A stretch of 63,989 bases of DNA, filler included, from Phoronis australis (Eukaryota > Animalia > Phoronida): NCBI GenBank assembly GCA_002633005.1. It is 5 parts of 5 records of this genome, joined end to end, with 100 filler letters (N's around TTAATTAATTAA, not from the genome) between each part and the next. Parts side by side here need not be neighbours in the genome. Positions count along the whole stretch, not along the records: positions 31,940 to 56,258 come from NMRA01000424.1; 4 more parts are not named here. One strand, 5' to 3'. Below, one piece after another: positions 36,213 through 49,742 of this stretch; the first letter of the stretch is position 1; each line of letters begins with the position of its first letter. The notes beneath the pieces are model-generated. The model was not told where the DNA came from, did no database searches, and saw nothing but the letters and a program-made list of their open reading frames with translations. A program made the translations under genes and the position numbers.

Positions 36213-37878
36213 CGCAGAAAATATGACCGAGTCAATGACTAAAAGACTGCTACTATTTTGTACGTGAAAAGTCCCTCAGAATATAGTTATGAAAATAGAG
36301 CGTCTTGCACTAACCCTTACGTGTTCAAGAACACGCTACATGTCGACAGATTGTTTCAGTCTAGGCACTAGATGAATTGCGATCGTTCTTACAGGATTAG
36401 GAACTACCATAATAGACAAATCTTATAATTTTCATCAGGAACAGCTAATTTAATTCCTACTGTCCTGTTTTTTTCTGTTTTACCTTGTTTCTCCCTTTTT
36501 GAGTGGAAAATAGTTCGTGATTTTCATTCACTTGTGGTTCTGGTAAAGTTCATTCGACTCGTCCAGTCCACCTTCGGTTGAACTTCAATATCTCTCGATA
36601 TTTAGTTATAATCATGGTAAAACCAAGGAAGGACTCTTAATCACATGAGATATAGTGGACTCTGGTTTTCAGGCTATTGGTTTGGCCAATGCTACTCAAC
36701 GGAAGGATTTTTGCTGTATCTTTTGTGTGGTGTGGTTTGGTGTGGATGTGACTGTCAGGATTAGTTGTACCGATCATGGCTGAAGTGTATGGGTTTGCTA
36801 AGTCGACGTGTTTCAATTATATTAATTGAAAAAAAATGTTTTAATGTACTGTCAGCGTGACACACATTTCGCACCTTATACATGTATATGTTAAGATTTC
36901 CTTGTATTGTACTGTTTAACACAGGTGCGACGGGTATTGGCGCTTTCTGGGTCTGTGCATTTATTGTATTGACTATTTCATAACAATCATACAATCATTC
37001 AAAAGCTAAAATTTTGAAAATTTTAAGGTAATTATTGTTTGACTTGTATACTGTTTATGTGCCTTACGCTACACAGTACAATAGCACTGCTTTGTATCGT
37101 TTAGAAATGGCGAGTTGTGTTTCAGCAATTACCAGAGACATCACATTCACGTTTAACGTTATCATATTGCCACACTCCGTTTTTTCTGCATGTTACACAG
37201 GGAATTATGCAGAAGCCATTTTATCGACATCTCTTTTAAAGTAGAAACAACGCCAAAGGTGTTTTTACATGAAGGCGCCCCACTTGTTTTAGCTTACCTC
37301 TTTATCCATTTGTACAGTGAATGCTGTGTTGTAGTTAAGAATGACCCCTACCGGTGATTCAGTGTGAACATATACCCGGATGTTCAATACTGGGGTTAGT
37401 TGTTACTTTCACTCGAGTACTGAACTGGTAAGATGTGTAATGTTTCACCGGTTTCACTATGGAAACGATCGGCGTGCATCTTATGTAGCCGTAACAGTGT
37501 TAGTCTTGCTATGTATGGTTCAACATTCAAACCCTGCTCGACATCTGGGCGAATCGAGATGCAAATGAATAAAAGCGTGAAGTAAAATACAAACTTCAGG
37601 TATATGCTGCAAACATGCACAACCCCATATGCGAACATGGTGTTAATTAAGACAGCAATTATTAGATTTAGAGAGGAGACAGTATTTCTTAGTGCTTCAA
37701 GGGTTTGTTTATTACAATTGTAGGTTAAATATGATACATGTTTACAATGCTATCAATTGCAAAGAAAGGTGTCAGCATGTCTGAAATTTTTAAATTAATG
37801 ACTAACCTAAATCAAGTAAATTTTTTTTCAGAGCTATGAAAGTCATCAGTAGTAGCTTTTACCGCCATCTGTGTCACT

Positions 37879-40800
37879 TCAGACTGTCCCAGGAATGACC
37901 TGAATGAAGTCGAGAGCAATGTCAGATCTAGCCCTTCTTCCCCGTTTGGCTTCGAACACCACCTGCAAATAGTATATTTCTATAATAGCACGCAAAACCA
38001 ACGCAATGTAGAGCTGCAGCTCATGTAAGCCCTCTGATATAAAGCAGGTTTCACTGACGGATTGAGAGGCCGACCAATAGGGCCATGCCCCCCCCCCTAA
38101 AATCTCCCAGATTCCATTAGGCAGTTCGGGAGTGCGGTTCCCTGACAGGCAAAATCCTTGCTAATACAATGGCCTGCCCACCCGACGAGAGGTGACAATC
38201 GGGCTTTGGTAAAACGCAGGTAAATGTTGATATTGTGTGAGATTAGGCTCAGAGAAGCGCCTCATTATGCAGCGGTTAAATTGTCGGCCTCTCATTCTCA
38301 AGTAATAACAAAATGACAGTAATTTCCAACACCGGAAATCGATTTTGACCTGATTAAGGACCATTCAGCAGTAGAAGTGTTAAAAGTCATGTTTTTCGTC
38401 TCGCACGTAAAAGAGGTTGAATGCTATGTGGTGAAAACCATCATTTCATTCAAGTACCCAACACTCACCTATATTTGCACAGATCGATTTAACCTGCTCG
38501 ACCTACATGTAATTCCAAATCGCCACATTCTTTTCTTGCGGACCACTGTTACAAGCAAAAGTGTATTGCAAATATGTTCAACCGAATAAATCTGTTCACA
38601 AGGCAACCTGTGGCTGCACCATGTGACGTAATGGATATAAGTCTGGGTTCGGGTCTTGTTTGGGACTGAAATTTGTTCAGACCTATATTCATCCAGTTAC
38701 GAAAGGGGCCACAGGTGGCGTGCTTACCAGTCTTCAAAATGTTTACGACTTATATTTTCGAGCCAGCCTAAGATTTACTTAGCAAAGCCATCATAGCAAA
38801 CAGTGGTTACCCGCCACTTCTTCTTTTTAAGTCGTGACACGAGCGTAATTGGGGAGTCTCTGACAGCAGTATACTTGGTAAAGATTTGGTATGCATTGAT
38901 ACATCAAATAGAACTCCCATAGGTGTACATTGATTCGTAAAATATAAGCAAGGCCGAAATTTCAGGAAATTATGACAACAAAATGTCGACAATTCATGTA
39001 TGTGCTACGGACCTTCGAAAAAAAAATAGGTGAATGGATATGTGAAGCAAAACCTAGATCACAATTCAGGAAAATACGATTGAACCATAAATTGTCAAAA
39101 ACTCTGCGCAATTGTATTTCATTAGCGAACAATGGATTAGGAATGGTGAGGAAATAATTGTATTCTAAATTACTTGGAGAATGTCATATTAAGACAAGAT
39201 TTTCTTTTTGAGCAAGTATTCAATTCTTTGAAATGCGTATTTAGATTTTATTCAAATTGGAAATTGGTCGAAGTTTTTTAAGATAATTCAGTAAAGTTTT
39301 AGATCCCGTGTCGCACAATGGTCGATTATGGATGTCTTTGTCCTAGTGGGTTACTAATCCTTTAACTGAATTAAATAAAAATGTGGCCATGATAAAAATG
39401 AAGAATTTATAGCTGCTTAATTTATTTTTAGAACGTTTTGACAGTCCGTTTCCAGTGGTGGGATTTTAATAGACTTTAAATCTTATTAGGGAACAAAACC
39501 AATGGGAAGCACATAATTGCAAACTTTTGCAAGATCGAGAGTGTCTGGTAAAAAGTGACGAGTTTCCACAATGAAAGCTTACATAAGCACATGCCATGCG
39601 CTACCGTTGTGTAGGTTTTTTATTACCCTACATCTAAGCGAGTATACAATTATCCTTCTAATTTTGCTCTCGATTAACCATTGTTTTCTAAATGCAACGG
39701 CAAGGGCTAAACAACGGGAAACGAATACATAGTTTTATGTCATTTATCTCTAAAGTGACAAAATTCATCAACATAGTAATGAACCTATAACACTTTGGGA
39801 CTAAATGGGGTATCTTCCATCTCGGTTCCACAAATTTTTAGTACCGAATGTGTTATTTCCAAAGGAGGTGCCAACTTGCTTTGCGAAGTACTTGTTCAAC
39901 CCTACCTGCTTGATGTCCGTTCGGTCCACTCGAATGCTGCCAACGTGCCAGGAATTCCCTTGGTTTCCCTTTTTTGACCAGATGGGAGACCCCATTGCTC
40001 CGTTGGCGTCCACGAGTCTAACGCTCAACGACCCCATTGTCTTCCCGTACATATGGTAAGCCCACGTCAATGTAAATGGCGTTCCTGTAATAGTTTTGGT
40101 TGAATTTACCTCAGAAACAACTGCAGTAATAATATTAAACGTAAGGATTAATCAAGAGTATTCGAGATGAATGTTGTAAATTTAAATGTGACATAGTAAT
40201 TTGTCAGCTTCAATTGGTGCGGAATGAGGTCATCAAAAGTAACATAACCTACATGTACTGCCAAAGCGATTTCGCAATTGTTTCTGCTTCTTAGTTCCAG
40301 AAAGTAGTGCCAAATATTATAGTGCATGCGTGATAAGTTCATTGTTTGCCACAACTCCTTTCCAACTCAAAGTTCTTTCTTGTGCACCTTATTTCATGGC
40401 TGCACGACCAATAATAACTGTATATTTGCCGTTGACTATCACCTCTTATTGTCAACGGAAGCGTGTATATGCAAATAATTGTGAATCATGCCATAAAACA
40501 TAATTGGTCCTCTTTATTAATTCGATTCCGTTGTGGGTTATTTAGTTGATAAGTTATTCAAAAAATCCAACGGTGAAAAGCAAAAGTGCTGCGGGATTTA
40601 TTTTTATACACGTTGCTTTGAAAGTTACGGCGTTTTAAGCTTTGCTTATCCTGGTTTGAATATGAGTGGCAAAGATCTCAACCTTTATCCAAGTCTTTAG
40701 TGCACTGATCATGTTTTTGTAAAAAGGAAACCGAAGCCCGTGCAGTTACGCGGGGGTGTTCCTTTGTCCCGACTTAGGCTTACAACTACTTGCCCACAGA

Positions 40801-43800
40801 GTCAAGTGTTCAAAGGTTTCGCGTTTCTCATTTTAATCATTCATTTCTGCGTTAAGTCCTGATATGGAGTCAGTCCTGCTGTGGAATATTATGGTCATAA
40901 ACTGTAGACAATCACCGCATTTGTACATTTTGGTATCAAACTTAATTGTGAACAAATACGCTCTTTGTTTTAAAAAATGTTTGGGGTGTGTTTGCGGTGT
41001 TTATCTGGGTCAACCTTTGCCCCACTGGATTTGTGAAAATTAACATTTTGATGCTGGGCACCTTCTTTTAATGTTTAGGAACTTTCAAGTTATCAGATAA
41101 GAGTGTTGATAGCATTCATATCTTCATGCGTGACCATCTTCATGTTTGTACTTGTGTCACGCCGCATACTAGACTGCTAATATCCTAACCTGTAAGAAAG
41201 CACGCAATCTGGCGGGCTTTCCTTGTTATAGTCAAAAAGCCCATATGTTGCAGGTAACTCTAACCTGATGGAAGCACTGGCACACTTACCCTGAGTTAGT
41301 AAAGCTAGGAATTCGCTAACAAGCAAGAGTTCACAAGATTACGTGAGATGATGCCGTGTATTTTAAGAGAGGAAGCGTGATTTTGGCTATTATTTTTGAG
41401 GGTCCAACTGAACATTGCCCTGGCGAAGAGACAGCTTAAAACTGCTACAGTATATCGAAATGGCTCCCGGATATATTCCATCAGTGTTTTTCTGTTCTCT
41501 TTTACAGGAAATGGTTACTACGAAAAAAACTCAAGATAGGAAATGCCGTTTTGTAAATAATTATTATTGGTTGAAAATTTCATCTGCACAATTGGAAAAG
41601 AGGGAGCAAAGAATTTTATTGGGCAAAGGTTGAACTTTACTGCCTACAAAGAATTCTCCTCCATGAACCCAATTGGATTATCATAGCGTGAGACCAGCGT
41701 TCAAAATGCATTGTGGCCCAGGTGCAGTGGATTTGCGGCCGGATAAGTGAACTTTCACGCACAGACACTATGTGGATGTGGTCCCATATTCTAGGAGTTG
41801 AGCCAGGGGGGGCAGCACGCTTATTTGCTGAATCTCGAATACAGTGTGAGACGTGTTTCGCAGAAGCGGCTGTATTCACCATGCCAATGCCACGGGGCTT
41901 TCTCTTTGCCACATTCAGTCTGCACAGCAAGTGACTCCATGCTCTCCGTACTGTGATGCGATTACTACCAACTTACTTTGATTTAGGATTTTAATCCCTA
42001 CAGCTAAACAAGTGAAACTTTTATGCATGAAAAGATCTGTACATGTGAATTTGAAGTACGGTAATAAAGACACAATTGATGTACTTTGTGATATAACCAT
42101 CATCACAACTGCATGGGTGGCACAAAACAGGTGGCTGGGGGGAGGGCTAGAGCCTCCCACTTTTGTCAGTGCTTCGCCACCCGTTTGTACAGTGAAGTAA
42201 CTTTAACAACAGCATTCAACAAATAATGAATTTCGATAAGGAAAAAAATGGATGACAATAGCAAATAATACTTAAAAATGTTGACAACAGCGCAGCTCTT
42301 GTGTGATATTTTTGTTCCCCAACTCAAGCATGTATCACCAGGGCAACTTCCCATGTTTAGCTAAACTCGCTAAAGCTGATTCCCTCACAATAGCTGGTGC
42401 CCATGCGAAGCGATGTTTCTAAATTGATATCGGCCAACATTACATATAAGGTCTTGCTGTTGTTGAGTTGCTTGCTTCTGCGTGTCTGATAGTCAGCCTG
42501 TGCTGTAATGAACCTAGTAACCAGCAAGAGATTGGTTACTATATTGGGCTCACCATTTTCCGGGGATACTGCGACTCTCGCCAATTTTCGCTTCTTGATG
42601 ATCGCTTAACATTCAATGTACCTTTTATAGGAAAGACGTTCCAAACTAAGCAAAAAACGCCTTGGAATAGTAGTCGTTACCATTGTTGATTAGAATACAT
42701 CCTGCTTAAGTTGCGGTGCTTTAATGGACACATGAGAAGAAATTCCGTGAAAACTACTTCCCCAACATATACAACCAGTCTCTCAATATGATCCTTGTAT
42801 TCCTAATGAGCACTAATCAGTGGCAGATCTACGTTTTCAGAAAGGGGGCAGGGGTTAGGATTCAAGTGAATCTGATACGCGTAGGCGAGCGGAGGGAATT
42901 TCGGCATGGGTTTTCTCTTCCCCTGTAAGATTGTTTGTGGTTTTTAGTAGCTGATTTCGTTTTACTTGCGGCATTTTTTCAATTTTTATTTTTTATCTTG
43001 TCTCTAGGTTCTGGGTGTGAATCCCCTGAACCCCCTTGTTGATCCGCCTCTGCTACAACAGTAGGAAGGCGAAAACTTGCAATTAATGGGAATCCAGTAC
43101 CCACCGCAAAACCACGGTCGTAGTTTTTCACCAGAATAATCCTCTTCACTGCAACACTCACCGGGTGAACTGGAAGGTGTTAACAACAGTCTCGCCACTT
43201 TTCTTCTTCTAACATTAGTAGCTTCTGCGTAGACGTAATAGTTTCCTTCGTAGGCGGAGCTAGGTCCTGTCCTGGCGCTTGGTGTTCCACCCTACAAAAT
43301 AACTGCCTCCAGATGGGGTTCTTTACAAACATCACCACTGTGAAATTTTTTCATAAAATTGTCCATAACAAAACGCCGTATATTTTTGACGTGACGACTA
43401 AATATTAAATTTGAGTCAATTTGAAGGCACTCGATTTGGCACATCGGCATGAGCTTGATTTTTGATTAAAATACAGAGCAATGGTGTCAGAGTCAGGAGT
43501 AAGCAGTATTTTCAATTTTTATTTGCCATTTCGAGAGAAATCTGACTTGTATTTTAGACTACAAAGCAAACCTCTTGTAAATACCTCTTTTTAAATATGT
43601 ACAGTAACTCTGAGCAAGAAGACACGAAAAAAAAAACGTTGTAGAAAAAAAAATTGTCAACGATTTTCAATAAATAAAGAAAATATTAGTATAAATCCAA
43701 CGCTAATAGGTTTTGAAGGTGTTGTACATATTTGCGAGTAAGTTTTGAAACTTCTTCATAAGAGACTGGCTAAAATGTCTGAAATACCACTTAGCCAGAG

Positions 43801-46800
43801 AAATCGACGAAATTATTGAGCTTAGAGTACGTGCAAAAGGGCGTTTGCTACCATAGATTTCTTTTCATTTTTATAGAGCAAAGGCATGGATGGTAAATTT
43901 GCGTCATGTTATCGGTATGCGCTGTCGATTAATTCAAAATTGATGACAGTTTAGCAAGTGACAAATGTCAACTCCCGAGTGAACTTCGCCAGTTGTTGTG
44001 TCCGTGCAGCAAATCTCATACACAGGTGCGTGTTATACATGTAGTTATGATTTAGATGGGGAGCGCACTTTTTATTGAAACTTCGGCGGGTAAAGATGCT
44101 CCTTCTTATACTTGACATTTTAACAGCCATCAAAACCGTTGCCAATGTCCTTGTAAACATCCGGCAATTACTGATATGATGTACCAGTTTCACAATAAGA
44201 CAAATGAATAAAGAAAATATGTACGGTTCTATAAAGGTTTTCCTCTAATTTTTTACCAGGACGTGTACTTTTGCTTAAAACTGCCGTATCCTTACGACTA
44301 GTCAAAGCGGACCTCAGTAGGAATGACTGCGGGGAACAAACTTATGATTGCACAAAAATACCACTCATAATATGCAAAAAAAACAGAAACAGTTCGGGCA
44401 ATGATTAATCAAATTTGTGTCAAAAGAGCCAAGACCAGAATAGAAAGCAACAATTAAAAATAACAACGCTTTGATGTTAAAGTTTGTATACGTACAGTGT
44501 GCGTTTTCATGGGCGTAATGACTTTCATTCAGCAATCTTCCCTAAACTGTTCACATGCAACTCAGGTCACAGAATAAGACAAAAGGGTGCTCAAAAGGAT
44601 GTTTTGTTTAATTAGAGAAAAAGCAAATCATTATGCCATGTTACATATTGTTCAATATACGTTTTGATCCAGGCTACCCTTCGACATAAAGGGATTGTGT
44701 GAAATCACCTGTTTCTAAGCAATCGAATTAAAAAAATAACGCCACTCTCTGTCCCCACCTTTTGCCTACAATGTATCAGCGAACGTAACACTTAGAGGAA
44801 CAAACATTGGCACCAGCCGTCTTTCAAGAATGTCTTCTTGTTCACGCAATATAGCCTGTGGTTTCACAGTGTTAGTTGTTACATGGCCTCCATTAAAGAG
44901 CTTGGACAACACAGATGTTGATCTTTGGGAGAAAACTGAACGTAACAGCATAAATAACTTTCCGTAATTTGCCAGGTTGTTAGGCTACAACTCTTGCTGG
45001 CGTTTGACTAACATCCCACGACAATTTAAAAGTAGAAAATAGGCACATAACCAACTCACAGTTCTTGTAACCCATGCGTAGTCTGCGTTTGGTGCGTTAG
45101 CAAATCCTTTGCACAGCGCCCCATTCTCGAAATCACACGTCAGAAGCACCTTCTTTTCGAAAACAAAAGTGTCCAGGGCGATGTCCCCTTGCCAAGTTTG
45201 TATTTTAGTTCCAGCAATAACAAGCTGAAACAAGTAAACTGTCTGAACTGAAACTTCTGACATCAAACATGTTCCGTAAACTGAAATGTGTAAGATTTCA
45301 CAAGAGTTACTGCAACGTGTGTGGGTGCGTTGTGTGTCTCTGCATTGATACATTGTTTCGGTGCACAAGATGAGCTTATCAGTTTTGTAATCCCATACAT
45401 AAAAAATGGGGTGTGTACATGAATTCCAACCCATTATTTAGCCCAGCAATGATCATCGGCGAAAAGGAAGTGGACAGTTGCCATGGCTTCAAGAATACTA
45501 AAGAGTTATTGTTATCAGTTTTAAGCAATGTTCAAAGCAGAGATTCAATACATTTAACTTGTCAAGCATATTGTCTACCTTGGTTTCCTCGCTCGTCACA
45601 ACGTCGACACTTGATGATTGCCAAACATCGCCATGGTTACCGGCCTTTTGGAATAAGATGGTCTCTTTTCCACTTTTTTGTTACCATGGTCAAAGTAAGA
45701 TTCCCCATAAAATAACCACCGTACATGTGCCACTTGAAGGAGAAACGATAATCGCCAGCTGAAAAATAAATTTTAAGGATCAGGCAATTTTTACGTAAGT
45801 AAAAGAGAATGTAGTTTTATAATGAGGTTAAAGTATCAATATTTTTTGCAGTTAAGGTAGCAGCAAATCCGCGTTTTGTCCAAGAAGCGAATTGTTGCGT
45901 TAGACAATTCAATGCATAAACTGGTCAGCACGGATTCCCTATTACCCTCAAAAGTGATTTCAGGGTTTGCAAAGAACTGGCTGTTGTATCGATTCAGATG
46001 CAGGAGCATCACACAACTACTCTCTATTTTCGTCTCTCACTCCCCAACCCACTCTCTCTCTCCCTGTCTCTTTACTCGCCTCCCCTTCTCCCCCTCCCCC
46101 ACTTCGCTTTTGCCCCTCCCTCCCTCCTTCCCTCTCCCCCTCTCTTTTTGTCTTTTTCTTTCTCACCATTTCTCTCTCCCTTTTTCTTTCTCTCTCACAA
46201 TCTCTTAGACAATTATTTTCAACTTTTGTTGTTTCCGATGCACCTCCTCTTGCATTGACAAACGCTGTGTGTAGTACAGTCAAAACTCCTTTCATGTGTA
46301 CCTCCCTGACGTCAGATGCCGCCATTCGTTATTAGACAGAGTACAAGCATAAACCGTTAAGCAACCAGAAGATGTCAAAATAGTGAAAACTAAACTAATC
46401 CAATGACACTAGCATCAGCAGTCGGCTAAGGAGAAAAGCTTCAATAGCCGCATAAGAAAACATACTAAGACCAGTAACTAGTCATTGGTATCCCTCTTTC
46501 CATATGACAGAGGAATAGCCCATTAATATGATCGATTACCACTCTCCAGGCAAGCACATTTTTCTAGTGATATGTATTGATAATTTCAACACCGTACTTG
46601 CAAAGTAGTCCGTGTAAATCTTTGCGATGCTGTAGAATGGAATGAGAGTCACCTCCGCGTATATATATCCTGTGCCCTGATCCCCGCCGGAAGGACCTGT
46701 ATTAGGTGAGTGTGTACCACCCTGGAAGTAGACAGGTAAAATTATCTGTGATCAAGTACATTGTATTCTCCCTGTCAACTTTAATGATAAAATTACGTGC

Positions 46801-49742
46801 GTCGATTTGTTGCTTCAATTCCATCACATGGTCAAAATGGTGGACAAAACTTTGGGCTCGTAATCCGTATATTGGAAGACGAACGATTAAACAGGGCATC
46901 TATGGTGCCATGGTTAATGAAGTTGTACTAAATTAATTACATCGTGTTTAGGAAATGCCAAAAGATATTGCGACACCATTTTGACGGTTACCGAATATAA
47001 CCATCATACATGTAACATGTGATACGAGGAAGAGAACTGATGTGCGATGGTGAACAAATTTTGACAAGCAGTCAACATGGTTCAAATGTTTCACCAAATA
47101 TCGACCGTGAAAGTTGCATGTTTTAAATAGGCATGGATTACAAAAGCTCGTCAATAATAACTTGAAAACAATTCTTGGTCCAATAACCAACCTCAAAATC
47201 TAGTAGAGAGTCATTTGCTTTTCCCTCTTAGGAAATATCAAAAAAAATCTTAAAATTCCTGAATTTTTTAGTACGCGCAAAGAAACTAATCTCCCCAACA
47301 CTTATTATACATTCGTGCAAGCACTCTTTGTAAGTTATGTAAAGTCGCTTGTGGTCAAAAGCTATATTTTGCAAAGGGGGAATGTGCAACGTCTACCAAA
47401 TAAGGAGACGTGTTTTGCCTCGTGGGAGGAAAATCGACGATTTGCCGTGCAAGTGATAGGTCGCTTTTTTCAAATTTTAAACTAAACGAAAATGCTTTGA
47501 TATCAACAGAAGTTGAAAATCTTTACGGATAAAAACTAAAAAAACCCTGGTGAGCAGGTTAAAATATATTCTAGTGGCATGGAACCACTTTCAATGTTGT
47601 AATTCAGTCACTTTATTGCAATCCAGGGCTCTTTAATAAGGATCACGTGCCCTGGGATGACAATGCTGGTTACCGTCATTAACAAAAGTAAAGAGGAGAA
47701 CAGACACGTCAAAACAAATTTCAATTTTGATTTTGAGTACATAGATTTGGCATCTTGCCCGCAGTCTTTACTTGCGAAGACCAGGGCCCGGTCTCCAATC
47801 TCCGTACTCAGACTCATACTCATACTCGAGATTGCATACTCAAAATCGTGCTCACTGGAGTCGTACTCAAAAAAGCATATCTAATTCGTATTTCGAGTAG
47901 ACTCCAAACGTACTCAAATCTGACACTCATACTCGAGTTGCTATGGAACTCTTTATGATGTGAAATGCAAAATCACGCAAAGCCGCGCTGATTCATCGCT
48001 CCCTATTGAAATAGACCACCCCAAGAACTAGGCCTACATTATCGTCTGCTGTGGATACAACTACAAGAGTATGTTTATAACGTGGAATTCTGAGTGTTCT
48101 GTAACTGTTATTCATTTTTTAGTTTCAATAAATATTCTCATGCCATTTCTTTGATACATTTGGCAATTTTTAAGCTTTACTTCTCGAGTTCCTCATCCAG
48201 TCCCAAAAATGTTTTAAGAAATATGTCACAGCTTGTCACATCACATCTCTGTTGCTAATTTAGTCTTGACATAAAACCCTTGCTGTGTAGGCCTACGCTG
48301 ATGTCAAACTTTGATACTGTATCTTTGTATTTTACCGGGATGTATCAAGTGAGTTGACATTTGGCACGTGAGTTAAAAAATACTGGTACAAGCATTCAGA
48401 TTTCACCAGTGACAGTGAACGGGACGAGACGTCTACTTAGAAATCGGCAAACACAATCTGGAATTCCATTTGGGGATTGAGGAATTTGTTGATGACTAAG
48501 TTATGATGAGAAATGTACCTGACAGGGAAGCAAACTTTTTTTAACTTCCCTCCCCTCCTCGTTTTTTGGAAACCCTATAAAACGTAGGCACACATACCAA
48601 AATAAGGGCAGCACAAACTTCTCACACGACTCTTCCCACAACTGCTTTCGACGCTTGTTATGACTCGCCGACAAGGAATTACAATGCGCCTGTTGTCAGG
48701 AATTGTAGAGGTAGAATGGCGGCCATAAACTACAGTGATACGGCGGGTTAATAAGGTGAAGAATAAGAAGATTTAAGATGAAAACTATTATCTCTGAACT
48801 GAAATTGAATTGCTGAGATACGGTAAGAGGAGTTATTTTTTAGATTTGCTGTGTCTATTGGTTCCCTTTCGACATTTTGTTCTCTGGCTCGTATTTATTT
48901 TCGAGTACGATTTCAAGCACACTGCCATACCAAACTTGAAATAGATTCAGAATTTTTACTCAAAATCGTACTCGAAATATAGATGAGATACACTTCAGTC
49001 CGAGTACACTCGAAAACTGAGTACGTGCTGAAATTTCGAGTGCAGATTTTTCGAGTATGACATTGAATACACCAAAGCTGAGTCTATGCTCGAGTTGAGT
49101 ATGAAGTGTGAATTTGAGCATGATTCGAGTCTGAGTACGGAGATTGAAGACCGGGCCCAGAAAGTAACGTCCCTTGGAAATCGCAGATGTATACTTATGG
49201 CACTAAACACACCAAAGTGACATTGTCGGCTGGTCTTTCAGAAAGTTTGGCCTTCGTATTTTTTCGGTTAGGAAGTATTTCTTATTGTATTACCCCGGGA
49301 GTTGTGCGTGAACAAAATACAAACCACGTGCTTTACCTTGACCCCAGGAACAGGGGATAATTGCCACCTGTATTTTGATGATCGTCGCGCTTAACAACGA
49401 AGCCTCATTAGAACACAAGCATCACGTCCTCACAAGATCGACACTTGTATCTCAAAATTATTTGTTAAGACTGGCTCGTTTAACATTTCAGTGAATCTGC
49501 AGAGCCAATTACATGTTGCCGTATGCCGGTACGTAATAAGCTCGCTACTTGCGCAATAGATGGTTTCAGTTCCTCATAGCCAGCGTAGGTGTTTTATAAA
49601 TTTGGGTGAATGTTTCACATCGCAAGATGTGCTCCGTGTGGCGATTGACTTACGGAATTCGGTGACCAGTCGAAGTTATCATCAGTAGCCTGTTTCCACC
49701 CACAAAGGTGGCCGTCGTCAAAGGTGCACGATATCCCATCAA
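37879..49742 (-). CDS. Protein with two tandem MAM domains, multi-exon; first exon not located
   Basis: Exons 49742-49654 (SCTFDDGHLCGWKQATDDNFDW), 49367-49337, 46696-46598 (GYIYAE), 45758-45579 (FSFKWHMYG..GNHGDVW), 45224-45060 (GDIALD..TCDFENG), 43291-43162 (TPSARTGP..YYVYAEA), 40084-39906 (YHMYGKTMGSL..GNQGNSW), 37962-37879 (VVFEA..SDIALD..*). All are GT-AG and phase-compatible apart from one frameshift at about 45676. Confidence 0.85.
42818..43052. mobile_element. MITE in an intron of the MAM gene
   Basis: Imperfect TIRs CAGTGGCAGATC...GATCCGCCTCTG with G- and C-run subterminal tracts. Confidence 0.55.
46020..46205. repeat. Polypyrimidine (CT-rich) low-complexity tract
   Basis: Nearly pure C/T; it explains several spurious ORFs in the track. 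Confidence 0.85.
47782..49160. mobile_element. Non-autonomous DNA transposon with ~34-bp TIRs and TACTCR subterminal repeats
   Basis: cagggcccggtctccaatctccgtactcagactc matches the reverse complement of gagtctgagtacggagattgaagaccgggcccag. Multiple tactca/tactcg units on the left are mirrored by gagta units on the right. Confidence 0.85.

Noticed and set aside
37380-37568. Signal-peptide-like short ORF (VAVTVLVLLCMVQHSNPA)
   Set aside because: No convincing donor or downstream exons were found, so it cannot be supported as a gene.
41637-41934. GC-richer ORFs in a MAM-gene intron
   Set aside because: No recognisable motif; probably a decayed TE fragment.
45876-46335. Overlapping ORFs on both strands
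   Set aside because: They arise from the CT-rich low-complexity tract in a MAM-gene intron.
3139-49742. An innate-immunity gene cluster (lectin-TLDc, SH2 adaptor, MAM protein)
   Set aside because: The three genes lie on different segments separated by artificial spacers, so linkage is unsupported.
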